Notes under the pieces: generated by a model
The model's database searches: none
The model's input: the letters and a program-made list of their open reading frames with translations, nothing else
Told to the model about the DNA's origin: nothing
Part shown: piece by piece, positions 61,737 to 64,000 of the stretch
Layout of the letters: every line of letters starts with the position of its first letter
Numbering within the stretch: the stretch's first letter is position 1
Position numbers and translations under genes: made by a program
Assembly: GCA_963807915.1 (NCBI GenBank)
Contig: CAWEDO010000001.1
Span: 351,701 to 415,700 of the forward strand
Source: an uncultured Chloroflexia bacterium
GTDB lineage: Bacteria; Chloroflexota; Limnocylindria; QHBO01
Direction of reading: 5' to 3'
DNA length: 64,000 bases

Positions 61737-63110
61737 GTGCCAAAGCCAGCGCGTCGTCAGATCGTCGCGCTGCTGGCGGGCGCCGTCCTGCTGGCCGCCT
61801 GTGGGACGGCGACGCCGAGCCCGAGCGGGTCCGCATCGGTCCAGCCCTCTGCCTCGACCGCCCCAACCGCCACGATCGGCGAGGTCGTGCCAGCACCGGG
61901 CTCGTCGAGCACCGTGTACGCGCCGAACCCCGGCGCGATCGTGGTGGCGATCGATCCTGGCCACGGTGGCTGCCTCGACTGGGGAGTCCCCGATCCGGGG
62001 AAGCGCGGCCCCGACTTCAGCGAGAAGACGATGACGCTGGCGATCGGCCTCGAGCTGCGGCGCATTCTCGAGGAGCAGGGCGTGACGGCGGTCATGACCC
62101 GCGACGCCGACGAGGCACTGGCCGGTGACGACTACCCGGCCCTCGGCTGCAGCGGGCCGCCGTTCCGAGACGTGAACGGGGACGGCCAGTCCGGCTTCGA
62201 CCCGGAGGGCAAGACCCGGACCCGCGACGAGCTCCAGGCCCGCCTCGACCTCGTCAACCTGGCGCGCGCGGACCTGCTGGTCAGCATCCATATCAACTCG
62301 CTCACGCAGAACGGCGTGGTCTTCGAGATCGCGGCCACCCAGACCTACTACACCGATGAGACCCCGTGGGGCCTGACCGCCACGCAGCACCTGGCCCAGC
62401 AGATCCAGGACGGCGTCGTGGCCGCGATGGACCCGATCGCGAGCTACGAGCGACAGGATCGCGGCATATCGGCCGTCAACCTCTTCATCGTCGCCCCGCC
62501 GTTGTTCGTGACCACGCCGGAGCGGCCCGACCCCGTCATGCAGCCACGGCGCGGCGCCCTGGCGCCGGCGGTGCTGACCGAGGTCGGCTCGATCACGCTC
62601 GCCGTGGAGCAGGACCTCCTCCTTTCGCCGGATGGGCAGGCGGCGGCGGCGGGTGGGATCGCCTCCGCCCTCGGGGCCTATTTCGCCGATCGGCCGCTGG
62701 CGGTCCGCTTCGATGCGCTCCTGCCCGGCGGCGAGGCGGGCACGGTCCCCACCGCGGTCGACGGCAGCGGCCCGCCGTTCTGGGCGCCGGACCTGCCCGG
62801 CGACCAGGTCGCCTCGGGACTGCCGGTGCGCCTCACGAACACGGGAACCCAGCCGTGGCCATCCGACCTGACCGTGCTGGCCGGCTGGGGACCCGGTGAC
62901 GAGCCGTACCTCCGCCAGGCGCCCCACGCGCTCGCCGACCTCGGTCTCGCGGTGCCGCCGCTGGCCCCCGGCGAGTCGGTGGTGATCGTCCTGCAGCTGC
63001 CCTTGCCGGGAAGCGGGGGGAAAACGCTGTGGGTGACCCTCGGCGCGGACGGTGCGCCGTTCAGCGACCGCGGATCGCCTCCGCTGCAGCTCCGCATGCC
63101 CGCTCCGTAG
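61737..63110 (+). CDS. Lipoprotein N-acetylmuramoyl-L-alanine amidase (Amidase_3) with C-terminal Ig-like domain
   Basis: Lipobox LAAC; IDPGHGG, EK, SIHIN, LTEVG. Confidence 0.85.
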   Translation: MPKPARRQIVALLAGAVLLAACGTATPSPSGSASVQPSASTAPTATIGEVVPAPGSSSTVYAPNPGAIVVAIDPGHGGCLDWGVPDPGKRGPDFSEKTMTLAIGLELRRILEEQGVTAVMTRDADEALAGDDYPALGCSGPPFRDVNGDGQSGFDPEGKTRTRDELQARLDLVNLARADLLVSIHINSLTQNGVVFEIAATQTYYTDETPWGLTATQHLAQQIQDGVVAAMDPIASYERQDRGISAVNLFIVAPPLFVTTPERPDPVMQPRRGALAPAVLTEVGSITLAVEQDLLLSPDGQAAAAGGIASALGAYFADRPLAVRFDALLPGGEAGTVPTAVDGSGPPFWAPDLPGDQVASGLPVRLTNTGTQPWPSDLTVLAGWGPGDEPYLRQAPHALADLGLAVPPLAPGESVVIVLQLPLPGSGGKTLWVTLGADGAPFSDRGSPPLQLRMPAP

Positions 63111-63157
63111 GGGCCGGAAAGGACCAGCGGCACGCGCCAAAGGGGCCAACCGGCAGG

Positions 63158-63187
63158 TTGACCATTTCTTCACACCGCTGCTACCAT
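63158..63187 (+). promoter_or_regulatory. Sigma70 promoter with extended -10
   Basis: TTGACC (63158-63163), 18 bp, TG-c-TACCAT (hexamer 63182-63187). Confidence 0.7.
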
Positions 63188-63193
63188 CCGCAG

Positions 63194-63314
63194 GCACGAC
63201 TTTCGGCCGGCGCGTCGCCCGGACCGGCAGGGAAGAGCGAGGTCGGGCACAAGCCACCTTGGATGCAACCGCGGGAGCTTCTGTATTGCCCGATCAGCGA
63301 CGGCCTTCGCGCCG
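63194..63314 (+). ncRNA. Candidate structured leader RNA overlapping the RBS and start of the M23 gene
   Basis: Nested pairings CGGCGCG/CGCGCCG, GTCGC/GCGAC, GGTCGGGCA/TGCCCGATC, AAGC/GCTT. Confidence 0.45.
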
Positions 63315-64000
63315 CGCGAACGACGAACGACCAACAGCACGAGCGGTCTCACATCTGGCCGTCCTTGCCCTGCTGGCCGTCACCGTCGCCGTGGGCGTGC
63401 GCGCCACCACTGACGGCGGATCAGGCGGGAACGACCGCTTCCCGTTCGGCCTCGTGGCCGTGGCGCAGGGCGCCGATGGCGCCGAGCTCGACACCCGCAC
63501 CGTCCAGTACGACCTGGTGCCTGACCCCGAGGCGTCCCCCGACCCGCTCCTCGAGCGCCGCGGCCTGGCCGAGCTTCCGGCGTACACACCGCTGCCGACA
63601 CCGGTAGCGCCGCCGCCCCCGCCGGCCGTGCCGAAGCCCAAGGCCGTCTACGTCAAGCCCGCGCCGATCGTCGGCACCGGCCAGCTGGCGTGGCCCGTCG
63701 CCGGTGGCGTGATCACCCAGTACTACAGCTCCTACCACAAGGCGCTCGACATCGCGGCGCCGGCCGGCACCGCGGTCAAGGCATCCGCTGCCGGCGTTGT
63801 TACGTGGTCCGGCTGGAAGGACAATGGCGGCGGGTTCGTGATCGCGATCGACCACGGCAACGGGATCGTGACGGTCTACAACCACCTAAGCAGCCTGTGG
63901 GTCGCGGCCGGCGCCTCCGTTGCCGCAGGACAGGGGATCGCCGCCGTGGGCTGCACCGGGGTCTGCACCGGGCCGCACGTCCACTTCGAGGTCATCGTCG
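63286..64000 (+). CDS. M23 family metallopeptidase (3' truncated by window edge)
   Basis: GGGAG RBS with TTG 63286, TM segment, Pro-rich linker, WPV.G.ITQ, HKALD, YNHL, GCTG.CTGPHVHFEV. Missing from the ORF track because it has no stop in the window. Confidence 0.9.
   Translation, partial: MPDQRRPSRRANDERPTARAVSHLAVLALLAVTVAVGVRATTDGGSGGNDRFPFGLVAVAQGADGAELDTRTVQYDLVPDPEASPDPLLERRGLAELPAYTPLPTPVAPPPPPAVPKPKAVYVKPAPIVGTGQLAWPVAGGVITQYYSSYHKALDIAAPAGTAVKASAAGVVTWSGWKDNGGGFVIAIDHGNGIVTVYNHLSSLWVAAGASVAAGQGIAAVGCTGVCTGPHVHFEVIV

Overview
High-GC bacterial chromosome segment. Gene content and protein styles suggest a Chloroflexota-like (possibly Actinomycetota-like) monoderm; this is inference only. 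Contents, left to right: (1) a complete pentose-phosphate operon (tkt-tal-pgi-gnd-zwf-opcA-pgl) plus small ORFs; (2) a ~23 kb cell-surface glycan locus (9.3-32.6 kb) with a CDP-sugar/C-methyltransferase/PIG-L/DUF4910 pathway, a GH16, five glycosyltransferases, a flippase, a methyltransferase, a degenerate CPBP protease with a small 2-TM partner, a large polytopic membrane protein, a DUF1616-like/HTH fusion and a giant PQQ-sugar-dehydrogenase/PKD/NPCBM repeat protein; (3) housekeeping and metabolic genes (cysS, MFS-cNMP, NUDIX, fabD with two fabF, M20 peptidase, ALDH, Rieske, MoaD-MoaE fusion, ureohydrolase, psuK/psuG, pyrG, rho, amidase, M23). The most notable items are a MerR-ArsC/LMW-PTP fusion with a textbook 19-bp-spacer MerR promoter heading a non-arsenic operon, a structured leader that buries the RBS and start codon of the M23 gene, the CPBP/small-peptide cassette in the glycan locus, and widespread leaderless-type promoters. 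Many single-base indels, including in cysS and pyrG, look like long-read consensus errors rather than true pseudogenes. I saw no rRNA, tRNA, CRISPR array or mobile element.
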